This document shows positions 63,611 to 64,000 of a stretch of DNA of 64,000 nt, one piece after another. The notes beneath the pieces are model-generated. The model made no database searches, was not told the DNA's origin, and saw nothing but the letters and a program-made list of their open reading frames with translations. The stretch spans positions 1 to 64,000 of the IMG/VR virus record IMGVR_UViG_3300028920_000054; one strand, given 5' to 3'. The stretch's first letter is position 1. Each line of letters begins with the position of its first letter. The position numbers and the translations under genes were made by a program. The DNA comes from a virus.

Positions 63611-64000
63611 TTGGGAAGCGGCAAGAAAAAAACTAACATTGGAGTATTGTTACGACCATTTTCCTGATGTGCGGAAGATTGTCGATGAAGAATTTACTGT
63701 AGATGCTGTTGTTGAAACATGGTCAACCCATCCACCGGGATTTTATTTTGGTCAGACAGACGAATCTACACCAACGGAAGAGCCAATTGTTGAAACAGTG
63801 GTTGTAATCGAAGACCCCAAGGTCTACCTCAGCGACTACATTCCAGAACAATATATCCCAAAGTATTCAAGGGTGCAGATAAATGGATCGGGTGAACCAT
63901 GGAACTTTCAGGGGCGTGAAGGATATGTATGGTTAAAGCCTATCTACGCTGACATTCTGAGAGTAGCACTTCCTCGTTTATACAAAAAGTGCCCTCGCCA
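63603..64000 (+). CDS. hypothetical protein, truncated by the window end
   Basis: Manual frame MIDWEAARKKLTLEYCYDHFP... open to the end. Confidence 0.5.
   Translation, partial: MIDWEAARKKLTLEYCYDHFPDVRKIVDEEFTVDAVVETWSTHPPGFYFGQTDESTPTEEPIVETVVVIEDPKVYLSDYIPEQYIPKYSRVQINGSGEPWNFQGREGYVWLKPIYADILRVALPRLYKKCPR

Noticed and set aside
1102-63639. Numerous - strand ORFs in the track
   Set aside because: They are antisense shadows of densely packed, motif-bearing + strand genes.
1-64000. Alternative genetic code or stop-codon readthrough
   Set aside because: Core genes are full length in code 11 and all three stop codons are used at coupled gene junctions.

Overview
The window is the packaging and morphogenesis arm of a large tailed dsDNA phage or prophage with a siphovirus-like layout. 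Almost all genes lie on the + strand. Gene order: TerS, TerL, portal, a ~29 kb insert, scaffold, major capsid, HNH, head decoration and accessory genes, lysis genes, a 1240-aa repeat fibre, neck genes, a TPR-glycosyltransferase, tail tube, frameshifted tail chaperones, tape measure and tail tip. The insert holds two tRNAs and a ~26 kb glycan synthesis and modification cluster: glycosyltransferases, Gmd/Fcl with a GT10 fucosyltransferase, a DegT aminotransferase, APS kinase with sulfotransferases, methyltransferases, an acetyltransferase, a deacetylase and a radical SAM enzyme. The left edge holds the 5' end of a TnpB-like gene on the - strand. Its promoter shares 25 identical bp with the promoter upstream of the head operon 34 kb away. 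Other notable items are a glycosyltransferase split into two genes 2.56 kb apart, a CX3HX2C radical SAM motif, a covarying RNA hairpin before two paralogous decoration genes, an inverted-repeat-bracketed single-gene cassette, and tRNAs lacking the canonical T-loop. All family assignments come from motif recognition by eye; no searches were run.
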